50,093 nt of DNA from a virus (Duplodnaviria > Caudoviricetes), in IMG/VR virus record IMGVR_UViG_3300020122_000466, positions 1 to 50,093 of that record; one strand, written 5' to 3'. Both the position numbers and the translations under genes were made by a program. Shown here in pieces: positions 1-9,285 of the stretch; position 1 is the first letter of the stretch; the number at the start of each line of letters is the position of its first letter. The notes beneath the pieces were generated by a model. The model did no database searches, was not told the DNA's origin, and was given only the letters and a program-made list of their open reading frames with translations.

Positions 1-138
1 GGAGCGGTTGCTGGAGTCGAGGAACCTGAAGTGGACTACACCGCTGGCGCGAAAGGGCTGAAGGGCCGCGCGCTAGATGATTATTGGAGTGGTGTCAAAG
101 AGAAGGAATGGAAGCGACTCTCCACACTCGAATCTTGA
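1..138 (+). CDS. C-terminal end of putative capsid scaffolding protein (continues from 49338 across the window junction)
   Basis: Frame 1 from base 1 is open (GAVAGVEEPEVDYTAG...WKRLSTLES, TGA 136-138), in frame with the ORF running off the 3' end, and lies just upstream of the capsid gene. Confidence 0.75.
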   Translation, partial: GAVAGVEEPEVDYTAGAKGLKGRALDDYWSGVKEKEWKRLSTLES

Positions 139-183
139 AGGGTTCGTGGGTGAGCGCTCACATACAAATAGATAGGAGCTAAC

Positions 184-1476
184 ATGGCGCAATCACTCAC
201 GAATTTCGCCGCTATGCTGAAGCAGGTGTACCGGCAGATGGTCATTAACCTAATGAACAACGAGATCGCGTTGTACAATAGGTTCAAGCGCGCCCCCAGT
301 GAAACCTGGGAAGGCCGTGATGTCATCAAATGGCCCCTCATCACCGGCCGCAGCCAGGCATTCGGCTCTGGACGCCCTGGTGGCCCCCTCCCCGATCCTC
401 AGCATACACCGACTGCGGACATGGAAGTCCCTTTGCGGTTCATCTGGGGCTCAATCGGCATTGATGCCCCCACCATGAAAGTGGCGCGCTCGGATAAGGG
501 CAGCTTTGCCCGCGCGCTCGACTTTGAGATGGATCGCTTCAAGGAGGCGTACTTTGACTACCTCAACGAGATTTGTTGGGCGGATGGTCGAGGGGTCCTC
601 GCGCTCGTCAATGTTGCAGGCACAAGCTCAACAACTCTCACCGTCGATTCTCCAATGGGAGTTGCCGGGTCGATCAATGGCGCTCGTTTCCTTCAACCTT
701 CCATGCGGATCGCGATCCTCAGTGCTGATGGAACGGCCATCACCGCCGTCCGACGAGTGGAAGCTATTGCGGCGGACGGTAACTCCGTCACCCTGAACAG
801 CGCGGTCACCTCTGGTCAGGCGCCTGACAATGGGCTCGTGGTCCGTTGCCCCTCACTGCTCACCACGGATGTGGCCGATGTCAGTTACCTCACCGACCCC
901 ATGGGCCTCATCGGCATGATCGATGATGGCACCTTCGTGAATGACTACTTCGGCTTCAACCGCACCACTCAGCCCTTGGCGCGCGCGAGTGTGTTCCCGA
1001 ACACTGGCGCCCTGAACCTCGATTTCATCCAACAGATGCGTGATGTCATCGAGCAGGTTGGGCGTGGGCGCCCGAGTGAGAGCTGGATGCACCACTCCAC
1101 TCGCCGAGCCTACCTGGCGCTGACGGTGGCGAACCGCCAGTTTGTCAGCACCGGCGGGGCTGCGGACAACGATGCGGGCTTCAAGGGCAACGCCCTCGAT
1201 GATAAGAACCCCGAGTTCGGTGGGGTGCCTTGCATGGTCGATAAGGATGCCCCCTATCAGATCTGGTTTGATGTCGATTGGAAGGAAGCGGTCAAGTTCC
1301 CCAACACGGAGTTTGAGTGGGCGGCTGAGAGTGGCGCTATCCTGAAGCAGGTGCCAGGGGTGGATGCGTTCACTGCGTATGCTCGGATGTTCTATAACCT
1401 GTGCCATGGTAAGCCACTTTCCTGCGGCCGCTTAGATGGTATTAATACGAATATAGTTGTTGCTCACGTTCGGTAA
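184..1476 (+). CDS. Major capsid protein (HK97-fold expected)
   Basis: 430 aa, RBS AGGAG, follows scaffold; MLKQVY start, KGSFARALDFEM, GDGxG-like WADGRG and PMGLIGMID segments typical of phage capsid proteins. Confidence 0.85.
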   Translation: MAQSLTNFAAMLKQVYRQMVINLMNNEIALYNRFKRAPSETWEGRDVIKWPLITGRSQAFGSGRPGGPLPDPQHTPTADMEVPLRFIWGSIGIDAPTMKVARSDKGSFARALDFEMDRFKEAYFDYLNEICWADGRGVLALVNVAGTSSTTLTVDSPMGVAGSINGARFLQPSMRIAILSADGTAITAVRRVEAIAADGNSVTLNSAVTSGQAPDNGLVVRCPSLLTTDVADVSYLTDPMGLIGMIDDGTFVNDYFGFNRTTQPLARASVFPNTGALNLDFIQQMRDVIEQVGRGRPSESWMHHSTRRAYLALTVANRQFVSTGGAADNDAGFKGNALDDKNPEFGGVPCMVDKDAPYQIWFDVDWKEAVKFPNTEFEWAAESGAILKQVPGVDAFTAYARMFYNLCHGKPLSCGRLDGINTNIVVAHVR

Positions 1477-1492
1477 TTGTCGTCCTAGTGTG

Positions 1493-1526
1493 GGGGTCTG
1501 GATGCTCATAGTGAGCATTCAGCCCC
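1493..1526 (+). terminator. Hairpin after capsid gene (terminator or mRNA stabiliser)
   Basis: GGGGTCTGGATGCTCA-TAG-TGAGCATTCAGCCCC inverted repeat, about 15 bp with a bulge and G:U; no U tract. Confidence 0.5.
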
Positions 1527-1565
1527 TCCCTAACACGCCATCGGGCGTATAGAGGGGAAACAAAA

Positions 1566-2105
1566 GTGTCTCTACGTACGAAAGCAAGGGAACAAGCCTA
1601 CGAACTCCATCTCTATCGAGGTGGGCGTTGCCCCGTTGAGGGCCTGCGGGGGCTCCTACACGCTTGGGAAAATGTCCAAGGCCACAGTGTCAGCCTTCCA
1701 GACCTCAAATTCGCCTTTTTCCCCGCCCAGAATGCCACCCCAGCAGCCGCCACCGTCACGGGTCCCGGCCGCCTCTATGGCATCTGGGTCTTGTCAGGAA
1801 GTCTGAGCGCGGCGGGGATCGCGACCAGCACTCCTGCCGTGTTGGATTCCATCGTCCGCATCACCGACAACAGCGTGGTCTTCGCTAGTGTGCGCGTGCG
1901 TGCCAATAAAGCCGCAGAAGTCTACTTCTTCGACTCTGGTGATGGCGTAGGCGATGCGTTCACCACAAACATTCAGGTCTCTGCAGTGGCCGCCAGTGGG
2001 TCCGGCAACCCCAATACCGCAGATTTGCCGGACATCGTGCTTCTCTATGGTGATGACGCCACGAACACCGCTGACAGCAACGTGATTAACGTCAACTACG
2101 GTTGA
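1566..2105 (+). CDS. Putative capsid decoration/virion protein
   Basis: 179 aa, beta-rich C-terminal half, directly after capsid gene; RBS GAGGGG; resembles 4597..5022. Confidence 0.55.
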   Translation: MSLRTKAREQAYELHLYRGGRCPVEGLRGLLHAWENVQGHSVSLPDLKFAFFPAQNATPAAATVTGPGRLYGIWVLSGSLSAAGIATSTPAVLDSIVRITDNSVVFASVRVRANKAAEVYFFDSGDGVGDAFTTNIQVSAVAASGSGNPNTADLPDIVLLYGDDATNTADSNVINVNYG

Positions 2106-2146
2106 TCCCTCTAGGGCCAGCCCTCCTCCGTGGGGCGAACCCTTGT

Positions 2147-2181
2147 GCCCCCTCTCTCATTCCCGTCGTGGGAGAGGGGGC
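2147..2181 (+). terminator. 13-bp GC-rich hairpin
   Basis: GCCCCCTCTCTCA pairs with TGGGAGAGGGGGC in the intergenic gap; no U tract. Confidence 0.5.
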
Positions 2182-2231
2182 CTGCTCTCCCTTGACGGCA
2201 CCGCTTGGCAGGGCGGTGGAAGGAGTGAACG

Positions 2232-2804
2232 ATGGGTAAGGCCGAATTCAGCATCCATCAGTTGATGGATAACTGTGAAGTCCGTAATCGCATCATCGAT
2301 AATGCGGTGCGCATCACCTTTGATAGCAGGGAAGTGCGCTGGGAACCAGGTGAGGTGAAGACCATGCCCAGGTCACTGGCAGAGTGGTTCCGGGATAAGT
2401 CCCTTTATCACTTTCGGCCAGGGGATGTGAACGAGGGCATCAGCGCCATGTCCTGTTACAAGCTTCACATCACTGGTGATACCGCTCATGAGGACCATGA
2501 TCTTACTAAGGATGAGGTGAATGCGGTGAAGGAGCTACTGGATGTGAGTAACATGCCCGAGCTGACCCGCATTGACCCTCAGACTGGGAAGCCCCTGCGC
2601 CGGGTGTACATTGACCCCCGCTCCACTGGTGCGCGTGACAACTTCGCGCAGCGTGAGCGCGCCGCTACCAAAACCGTGTCCAGCGCCATCGTGAAGGATG
2701 CCGCTGAGCGCCTGGCGGATGCCGCTCAAGGCGCGAGTGAAGCCGACATTCAGGCAGCGGTGGATGAGCTGACCATGGTGAATGCGCTCCCCCCCACGAA
2801 CTAA
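2232..2804 (+). CDS. Hypothetical head-module protein
   Basis: 190 aa, RBS GAAGGAG, in late operon. Confidence 0.6.
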   Translation: MGKAEFSIHQLMDNCEVRNRIIDNAVRITFDSREVRWEPGEVKTMPRSLAEWFRDKSLYHFRPGDVNEGISAMSCYKLHITGDTAHEDHDLTKDEVNAVKELLDVSNMPELTRIDPQTGKPLRRVYIDPRSTGARDNFAQRERAATKTVSSAIVKDAAERLADAAQGASEADIQAAVDELTMVNALPPTN

Positions 2805-2807
2805 GCC

Positions 2808-3281
2808 ATGGACTTGCCTAGAGGTTATCAGAAGAAGCTTCAACGCGCGTATCCTGATTGCCGGATGCGCTGGGCCCAAGATGGCTCTGAGCGCTGGCTC
2901 CTTGAGCGCAAAGCCAATTTTCGCCGGGTTGAACCTGATCCTAACAAGTATCCCCGTGAAGCAATCGATACCTTCATAAGGCACCGCGATGGGTATTACT
3001 TGGCTGGATTTTATGCCGCCGCTCATCTTCCTCGTATTGATCGTCTCATTCCCTTTCTACGCAGTCAGGATACAGCGCGCATGGATCTGGGTGGGGGCTC
3101 GGATGCCGATAAGGCTGCGCGGTTGGCTGACCGCCTGGAAGCGAAGGAGAACGAGGTGAAGGCCCGGGCGCGCGCCAGTCAGACTTTTGTAGCCACCGGG
3201 GCTGGTGCTGAACTCTACGACCAACTGGCGTGGGATGAGGGGCGCCGGGTCAGTGTGCCTAGGGATGCTAAGGGGCTCTAA
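2808..3281 (+). CDS. Hypothetical late protein
   Basis: 157 aa, tightly packed with neighbours. Confidence 0.6.
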   Translation: MDLPRGYQKKLQRAYPDCRMRWAQDGSERWLLERKANFRRVEPDPNKYPREAIDTFIRHRDGYYLAGFYAAAHLPRIDRLIPFLRSQDTARMDLGGGSDADKAARLADRLEAKENEVKARARASQTFVATGAGAELYDQLAWDEGRRVSVPRDAKGL

Positions 3282-3451
3282 TGATTGATTACCTCATCTA
3301 TAGTTTGAGCCTCCCCCTCTTTCATGGGCACTATTGGGATCAGGCTCCGTGGCCTGGTTTTGCGCAAGGAGTGATCACTTCGCTACCGAGATGTCGGCCC
3401 ATCTTCATGGACCAACGCCATCTCGATGGCAACGCTTACTGTGGGTCCTAA
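3281..3451 (+). CDS. Small hypothetical protein (56 aa, not in ORF track)
   Basis: TAATG overlap with previous stop; MIDYLIYSL...NAYCGS; fills the gap to ATG 3454. Confidence 0.45.
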   Translation: MIDYLIYSLSLPLFHGHYWDQAPWPGFAQGVITSLPRCRPIFMDQRHLDGNAYCGS

Positions 3452-3453
3452 AC

Positions 3454-4248
3454 ATGTACTCCGCTGAAACCGTCCAATCCTTCCTCAACCGAGCCAGACT
3501 ACGGCTCGATCAGGAACTGGATAACCAAACCAACTTCTGGTCCGATGCCGAAATGCTGGAGTACATGAACGAGGGCATGCGAGAAGTCTGGCAGAGTGTC
3601 CGTGAAAATCACCAAAACTGGTTCATGCGCCAGGTTACCAGCCGAGATGGGGTGCTCACCATTGGGAGTAAGAAGTATGATACTCAACTACTACAGTTGG
3701 TCTCTGGTCGCACACGCTTGTTACTTCCACCTGATTTCTATGAATTGACTCTCCTTGAGGGGCTTAGGCCCACCGTGAGTGCGCTCGCTGATCTGAACAA
3801 CCCCTTCTTCCCTCAAGTGGTCTTTGAATACGCCAATATCACGCAGCATGCCTTCCGTAATCGGATCGTGGATACCGTCACCCAAGGGATCAGGCGCTAT
3901 CGCTATGACATCATCTTTGGCCCTGAAGGCCCCTACATCTATGTGGCCCCCAACCTGAGCGTAGTGGAGACCATTGATACCCAGATCGCCTACGTGAGCA
4001 TGCCCCAAGAGCTACCCTTCCAAGGCTCCTTTGAAGGCACGGGGTTCACCGGGCTGATGGTTGACGCAGTGCTCGCTTACACCACTTATGCGGCCGTCAA
4101 GAAGGAAGATCTCACTGAGAACTTGGCCACCTTCAAGGAACATTGGCGCATCAAGCAGGAATTGTGCTCGCGGGCAGCGGGACCCAAGCAAACCCGAGAT
4201 GTAGAGACGGTAGAGAATAGTTATATCTACCAGGAAGAAGATATCTGA
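3454..4248 (+). CDS. Head-tail adaptor / tail tubular protein A-like
   Basis: Start moved to ATG 3454; N-terminal helical motif FLNRARLRLDQ...FWSDAEMLEYMNEG typical of phage adaptor proteins. Confidence 0.7.
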   Translation: MYSAETVQSFLNRARLRLDQELDNQTNFWSDAEMLEYMNEGMREVWQSVRENHQNWFMRQVTSRDGVLTIGSKKYDTQLLQLVSGRTRLLLPPDFYELTLLEGLRPTVSALADLNNPFFPQVVFEYANITQHAFRNRIVDTVTQGIRRYRYDIIFGPEGPYIYVAPNLSVVETIDTQIAYVSMPQELPFQGSFEGTGFTGLMVDAVLAYTTYAAVKKEDLTENLATFKEHWRIKQELCSRAAGPKQTRDVETVENSYIYQEEDI

Positions 4249-4596
4249 GTGGCCAACTTTGCCGACATTGTTGGCCCTTCCCGCCGCCCTGCGGGTGGCC
4301 CAGCCCCCATGGTCCCTGCGTACACGGGTCCCGCCCCCGCGCTTGGTGGGGCACCCAAACCCACCTTCAACCCTGGTGCCCCAGGGCCGACGCAAATGCC
4401 CGCTCCCATGCCTCCACCTCAACAGGTTCCTGGGACAATTGGGATGACCACCTCCCCCTTTGCGAATAGTCCACCTCCACAAATGCCTGGCACTGCTACC
4501 TCTCCATTCGGACGCCTGAGCAGTCCGCGACCGCCAGTGAATGCAGGCCCTGCTGCCTATCATCAGTGGATGTTGCAGCAGCGGAAAGGATTCTAA
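4249..4596 (+). CDS. Small Pro/Gly-rich disordered protein with MANFADI N-terminus
   Basis: 115 aa, abuts both neighbours with no gap. Confidence 0.6.
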   Translation: MANFADIVGPSRRPAGGPAPMVPAYTGPAPALGGAPKPTFNPGAPGPTQMPAPMPPPQQVPGTIGMTTSPFANSPPPQMPGTATSPFGRLSSPRPPVNAGPAAYHQWMLQQRKGF

Positions 4597-5022
4597 ATGC
4601 CTTCCTTTATCATTGGCCCCACCGACCGAAACCCTGACTTCGCTCGTAATGAACATCAGTATGCCAGGATCAACGGCACCCAAACCGCTGTCCTCGTCGC
4701 CAATGGTGGTGGGATGATCCATGGGATCACCGTGGGCGTGGCTGGGACTACCCTCAAGTTCTACGATGTGGCCACTGGAGGCCTTACGGATGACACCACG
4801 GAGATCATGACCCTCGCCACCGCTTCCATTACCGCAGGGTCCTTCGTCAACCTTGATGTGGCGTTCAGTAAGGGGCTCACCGTGGTGGCTGTCGGTGGGG
4901 ATGCCACCGTGTACTTCCGTGGGGCCCTCATCAAGTCAGGGCGCTTCTATGGCACCCAACTCGATGGGAATGATGCGCGTGGGGCTGCGGGCACCTCCGC
5001 TGACAAGGCCATGGCTAGCTAG
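4597..5022 (+). CDS. Putative virion decoration protein
   Basis: 141 aa beta-rich; GGGMIHGITV...LKFYD...VAFSKGLTV. Confidence 0.6.
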   Translation: MPSFIIGPTDRNPDFARNEHQYARINGTQTAVLVANGGGMIHGITVGVAGTTLKFYDVATGGLTDDTTEIMTLATASITAGSFVNLDVAFSKGLTVVAVGGDATVYFRGALIKSGRFYGTQLDGNDARGAAGTSADKAMAS

Positions 5023-5031
5023 AGCGCGCAT

Positions 5032-6447
5032 GTGGCCAAGCGCTTCACACAAACCTTTGATGCGTACTTTAGAGGCATCCTTCAGCGGAAGGCTCCGCGA
5101 GCGCGCGACCCCGGCTATGTCGATGAAGCGCTGAACGTCGCCTTCATCGGGGGCGCCATCCAAGGGCGACCAGGGATGCGCCCCTTCAATGGGGTCGCCT
5201 TCACTGACGTGGTGCGAGGGATGGGGTGGCATGTCGCCCCAGATGGCACCCGGGAGTTGCTCGTAGCGGCAGGCAACACCCTTCAGCGGTGTTCACTCGG
5301 TGGGGATCCCATCGATATGCCCCTTACTGGGCGGGTGCCCACAGAGGGTGGAGCGAGCACCCGTGTGGATGTGCAGAAGGTCAACTTCCTCTCCCTCTCA
5401 GGTGGAGCGAACGTCACCTTCATCTACGATGGGGTCAATGCCAACCTGAAGTGGGATGGTACCAACCTCAGCAAGATGGGGGTGCCAGGGGGCTCGGGTG
5501 ATAACAACCACATTGGTAAGAGTCCTCGCCCTGCTGTGCCCACTCCAAGTCCAGGGGCCATTACCAAAGGTACCCGCACCTACGTCCAAACCCTTGTCAG
5601 CGGGGCGAGTGGGCATGAGGGGGACTGCGGGAGCGTAGACCCCAACGATAACCAAAGCCGTGATGTGATCTGTACGGGGGCGCAACAGTTCACCTTTGCC
5701 TCCCCTGTGCAGGTGCCCACCACCCCTAACTTTCTGAACAATGAGTTTGATGACCCCCAAGTAACGAGTTGGCGCCTCTACCGCACGGAAGCATTCCCTG
5801 GCGCGAAGTTGCGGTTTGTAGGTGAGTCCAACATTGGCGCGGTCATCGTTGATAATGTGACTGATCTCGATATCATCGCGCAGAATCAGGTTGAGCAACT
5901 GGTGAATGGGCAGCCTCAAGCGCCCATCGTTGCTATGGTCGAACACCGGGGGCAGCTCATCGCTGCCATGGCCGATGACGCGAGCTTGGTGCGCTTCAGC
6001 AACTTCGACCCAGACTATATGGTGCCTGAAGGGTGGCCTCGTAATTACGTGCAACCGGTGGCGCATGGAGATGGAGATACGATCACCGCGCTCAAGTCCT
6101 TCACCGAGAGTTGCGTAGTCTTTAAGCAAAAGTCCACCTACGCCATCACGGGGGATACCTTTAGTGAATACAAGATCGAACCCCTGCTGGCAGGGGGGAC
6201 GCGCATTGGCATCGGATGCGGGTTTCCAGGGAGTATCCTCCAAATTGAAAACGCGCTGTTCTTTGCCGCTCGTGATGGTATCTATCGCCTCGACCGATTT
6301 GCGAGCGCCTATGGCGGGCGCGGGCTGCAAGCAGTGCGTATGACCCAAGCCATTGATGATCTCTATGCCGCGGCCAACTTCAGCTTGGGGAGTGCGTGTT
6401 TCTTTGATCGGAAGAAGCGCATCTTCGCTTTTTTGGGTCATGGATAA
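5032..6447 (+). CDS. P22 gp10 / tail tubular protein B-like hub, N-terminal part
   Basis: ALNV..GGAIQGRPG N-terminus, VRFS..PEGWP, GDGDTITAL, VVFKQKSTYAITG, GIGC..PGSI, LFFAARDGIY propeller-like motifs; ends abruptly at RIFAFLGHG. Confidence 0.75.
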   Translation: MAKRFTQTFDAYFRGILQRKAPRARDPGYVDEALNVAFIGGAIQGRPGMRPFNGVAFTDVVRGMGWHVAPDGTRELLVAAGNTLQRCSLGGDPIDMPLTGRVPTEGGASTRVDVQKVNFLSLSGGANVTFIYDGVNANLKWDGTNLSKMGVPGGSGDNNHIGKSPRPAVPTPSPGAITKGTRTYVQTLVSGASGHEGDCGSVDPNDNQSRDVICTGAQQFTFASPVQVPTTPNFLNNEFDDPQVTSWRLYRTEAFPGAKLRFVGESNIGAVIVDNVTDLDIIAQNQVEQLVNGQPQAPIVAMVEHRGQLIAAMADDASLVRFSNFDPDYMVPEGWPRNYVQPVAHGDGDTITALKSFTESCVVFKQKSTYAITGDTFSEYKIEPLLAGGTRIGIGCGFPGSILQIENALFFAARDGIYRLDRFASAYGGRGLQAVRMTQAIDDLYAAANFSLGSACFFDRKKRIFAFLGHG

Positions 6448-6613
6448 AGCCTACTCAGTCTTACAGTTTATCTCTGCGGTGTTCGACGCTCGGGACGCCG
6501 GAGTGCCTATAGAAGAATTAGAGGAGTTGCTCGCGTGTGCCATTATCACCGCCGATAACGACAACGAGAAAGGATCCGCCAATGACCCTAGCAAAAGAAG
6601 ACTTCTTTCCTGA
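6440..6613 (+). CDS. Small hypothetical protein
   Basis: 57 aa from ATG 6440, overlapping the previous gene end. Confidence 0.45.
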   Translation: MDKAYSVLQFISAVFDARDAGVPIEELEELLACAIITADNDNEKGSANDPSKRRLLS

Positions 6614-6938
6614 ACGCCTATGGAATGCTGAGAGCGTTCCACCTAAGGGTGTGGTGCTCACCATCAAGCATGTGGAAGAGGAGCGCTTGGGCATCGATCG
6701 TGAACTCCGTGCAGTGCTCTACTTTGAAGAGGACCACCGAGGGCTCCCCTTGAGTAAGACTCGGTGGCTCTCCCTCGAATCCTTCGCAGGAGGCAATCCT
6801 GCCCGATGGGTTGGCCAGAAGGTCTTCCTGCGTACCGCGCAGATCTCCTTCAAAGGGAAAGCAGTCCCAAGCATCCACATCTCTCGACCACCCCCTACGC
6901 CTGAACCTGCTCCACAGGAGAAACCTGATGTCGAGTGA
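6582..6938 (+). CDS. Conserved phage protein, probable OB-fold ssDNA-binding type
   Basis: Start ATG 6582 with AAAGGA; LTIKHVEEE..VLYF..LSKT..WVGQKVFL..FKG pattern recalls a common phage replication-module family. Confidence 0.55.
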   Translation: MTLAKEDFFPERLWNAESVPPKGVVLTIKHVEEERLGIDRELRAVLYFEEDHRGLPLSKTRWLSLESFAGGNPARWVGQKVFLRTAQISFKGKAVPSIHISRPPPTPEPAPQEKPDVE

Positions 6939-7110
6939 TGCTGTGGAGGTACGGGCGACACAAGAATTTGTCCTTGCAGCGCTTAGGCTTAAGAGAGATT
7001 TCGGTGCATCCACTGATGATCTCATTGGCCTTCTACAGATGCTGGATGATCCTGAGAGTATGCGTCGTACCGTGCAACGTATGGATGCATTCAAACGTGG
7101 AGATACCTAA
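6928..7110 (+). CDS. Small hypothetical protein
   Basis: 60 aa from ATG 6928 with AGGAG RBS. Confidence 0.5.
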   Translation: MSSDAVEVRATQEFVLAALRLKRDFGASTDDLIGLLQMLDDPESMRRTVQRMDAFKRGDT

Positions 7111-7445
7111 TGGCAAACTTCAGTAAGCTCGCGACTCTTGGGACAGCGACTGGTCCCCAGCCGAACATCAGGCCCCCTATGCAAGTGGGAGGGATGGAAG
7201 CGCCGGGGCCTGAGCCTGGTGAGGGTTCCCCGCAAGAGGAGGCGGAGGATCGCGCCTCAGGTGAGCGGGAACCTCCTCCCACTCCGCGTGATCATAAGCA
7301 AGCCATCACCCATGAACTCAGTAGTATTAGCTATAATGCGAAACATGCGGCGGCCCACCATCAGGAGACCGCCAAGCACTCCACCAAACTCCTCAACCTG
7401 CTGAAGAATGTGCCGGGGTTTGCGGAGCACGCCCGTAAGGTCTAA
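7110..7445 (+). CDS. Small disordered protein with MANFSKLA N-terminus
   Basis: 111 aa, GGAG RBS, TAATG coupling on both sides. Confidence 0.65.
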   Translation: MANFSKLATLGTATGPQPNIRPPMQVGGMEAPGPEPGEGSPQEEAEDRASGEREPPPTPRDHKQAITHELSSISYNAKHAAAHHQETAKHSTKLLNLLKNVPGFAEHARKV

Positions 7446-7552
7446 TGGCCCTCCTTGGTTATATACTAGGTGTGGGATTCATCATCTTCATCTTCTGCAT
7501 CATCCTGAGTATGATGGATTGGTATGGAGATGGGGAGTCAAAGGGTCATTGA
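7445..7552 (+). CDS. 35-aa single-pass membrane protein (not in ORF track)
   Basis: MALLGYILGVGFIIFIFCIILSMMDWYGDGESKGH; TAATG coupling, stop abuts GTG 7553. Confidence 0.5.
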   Translation: MALLGYILGVGFIIFIFCIILSMMDWYGDGESKGH

Positions 7553-9283
7553 GTGGGCCGCATCCTGCGCATCGGAGTGGATACCGTTACCAACTATACC
7601 CTGTTGGCGACGAGTGCGTATGATGCGGGAAATCCGGCTGCCACTACGAGCCCGTGGCCCAACAGCGCTGCCATGGATCAATTGTTCACTCAAGCGAGTC
7701 CCACTGAGGTGAGTGCGCAAGGGGCCCTCGTCACCTTTAGTCGCTTCCCCGATAGCTACAGCGGCGCCCAAGTCAAACTCCATCCCACTTATGATGTGAG
7801 CACCAATGAAAACCCCTTCTTTGAGATGTGGGTGCATGACAGCGTGGCGCTCACCTGGACCCTGCGCGCTTCCATCCAACTCAGTAACCCCTTTGTCGGG
7901 ATCGCGAGTGGCGCGCGAAAGGTGCTGGACTTCACCTTCTTCCCCTTCCTCCGTCACATCGACATGGTGTGGCTCACCCTCAATCCTGGTGTGGTGGGGG
8001 CGCCCACTGTGCAGTTCGATGCCATCCAGCTTTTTGGGCAGTGTGAGGGGGCCCTCCGTAGTGGGAGTGGGCCTGGTGGTATTCAATACACCTGTGACCC
8101 CTCCAAAGCCGATCCCACGGCCATCCCTCCTATCGTCTATACTGGCTTCAAGGTGATCTATTCGAGTACTCCTCCTTTCATCACTCATGTGCCCTGTGAT
8201 GACTTTGCCGGTGATCCGGGCTGTGCCTTCCCCGACCTCTGCAATCCCGCGAGTATTGCGGTCTATCGAGAGTGTCTCCGTGGGATTGGCGATGGAGGAA
8301 CGAGTCTCAACAACTTTGACGGATGGTTCACACTAAATAACGCACTAATCACGAGTAACTGTAATGGGAATACGAACACCGCACTCCCTGATCCCCCACC
8401 TGTGAAGGCGCCCAAACTTCCCCCGGTGGATTTTTGTGATCCAACCTCGATTGACGCGCATCGTGCCGCTATCGCGGGGGATGCGGATTTGCTCGCGAGT
8501 TTTAACGCACTCATTGATACCCTCACGGAGGCGGGGTTTTTCACCTTGGTGTGCCCCCCCGCAGACCCTCCCGCCACCTATGTGGACCCAGTGACCTTAC
8601 AACCTGCTGCTGATCCCACTGACCAGCCCGTGCGCCCCTTTCATGCGGGCCCCGGTGGGGATCCTGCGCCCAATCCTCCTGTGCAAAAGAGTGTGCCCCC
8701 CAAGGCGCCCGGTACTGGAGGTGGTGGGCAGCAAGAGTTCATCGCCTTCTTTTTCCCTGGAAATATTACCTACAACATTCCTGTTCCAGGCTCGACACCA
8801 CAACAACTCCTTGAATTTCTTGTGAATAGTGGGCCACCTGAACTACTTGCTGCATGGAATGCTCGGGATCAAATTGTCAATGTGCCGAATTTCACGTTTC
8901 CCACTCCACGTCGCGTGCAATTGACTTTTACAGGCTTAGTGAGTGGTACAGTGGTCGGCGTTCGGGTCATGCAGTTTGACCCAAATGGGCCCTTCACCGC
9001 AGAAACCCTTACTACTCTCTTTTCTGGTGCGATTCAAACTACCTGTGTAGTCAATACTAGTGCAGGAACCTTTGGAACTCCTCATCCAACACTAACAGAT
9101 CCCTTCTACGTACTCTTTCGAGATGGTACGTCCACCACCCCTCTCTTACGTTTAGCCTCAGATAATACCATTACTTGCGCAATGCCTGGCGGTGGAGGTT
9201 TCCAAGGAATTTTTGTGGATGTGCGGGCCACTCCTCCCGCAGGTACTGGGGTGGTGATAACAGTTGTGGCGAGCGTGGTGTAA
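7553..9283 (+). CDS. Putative tail/appendage protein with Cys-containing internal repeat and Pro-rich linkers
   Basis: 576 aa; beta-rich ends, duplicated DxCxPxSI..R helix unit. Confidence 0.6.
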   Translation: MGRILRIGVDTVTNYTLLATSAYDAGNPAATTSPWPNSAAMDQLFTQASPTEVSAQGALVTFSRFPDSYSGAQVKLHPTYDVSTNENPFFEMWVHDSVALTWTLRASIQLSNPFVGIASGARKVLDFTFFPFLRHIDMVWLTLNPGVVGAPTVQFDAIQLFGQCEGALRSGSGPGGIQYTCDPSKADPTAIPPIVYTGFKVIYSSTPPFITHVPCDDFAGDPGCAFPDLCNPASIAVYRECLRGIGDGGTSLNNFDGWFTLNNALITSNCNGNTNTALPDPPPVKAPKLPPVDFCDPTSIDAHRAAIAGDADLLASFNALIDTLTEAGFFTLVCPPADPPATYVDPVTLQPAADPTDQPVRPFHAGPGGDPAPNPPVQKSVPPKAPGTGGGGQQEFIAFFFPGNITYNIPVPGSTPQQLLEFLVNSGPPELLAAWNARDQIVNVPNFTFPTPRRVQLTFTGLVSGTVVGVRVMQFDPNGPFTAETLTTLFSGAIQTTCVVNTSAGTFGTPHPTLTDPFYVLFRDGTSTTPLLRLASDNTITCAMPGGGGFQGIFVDVRATPPAGTGVVITVVASVV

Positions 9284-9285
9284 CG

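Noticed and set aside
6429-6447. T TTT TTG slippery site at the end of the hub N-terminal gene
   Set aside because: The -1 frame closes after about 25 codons with no hub-like sequence.
6435-7552. GGGTCAT direct repeat (6435 and 7543) as an excision or ribosome-hop junction
   Set aside because: Joining at the repeat leads straight into TGA, and a 7-nt match is expected by chance.
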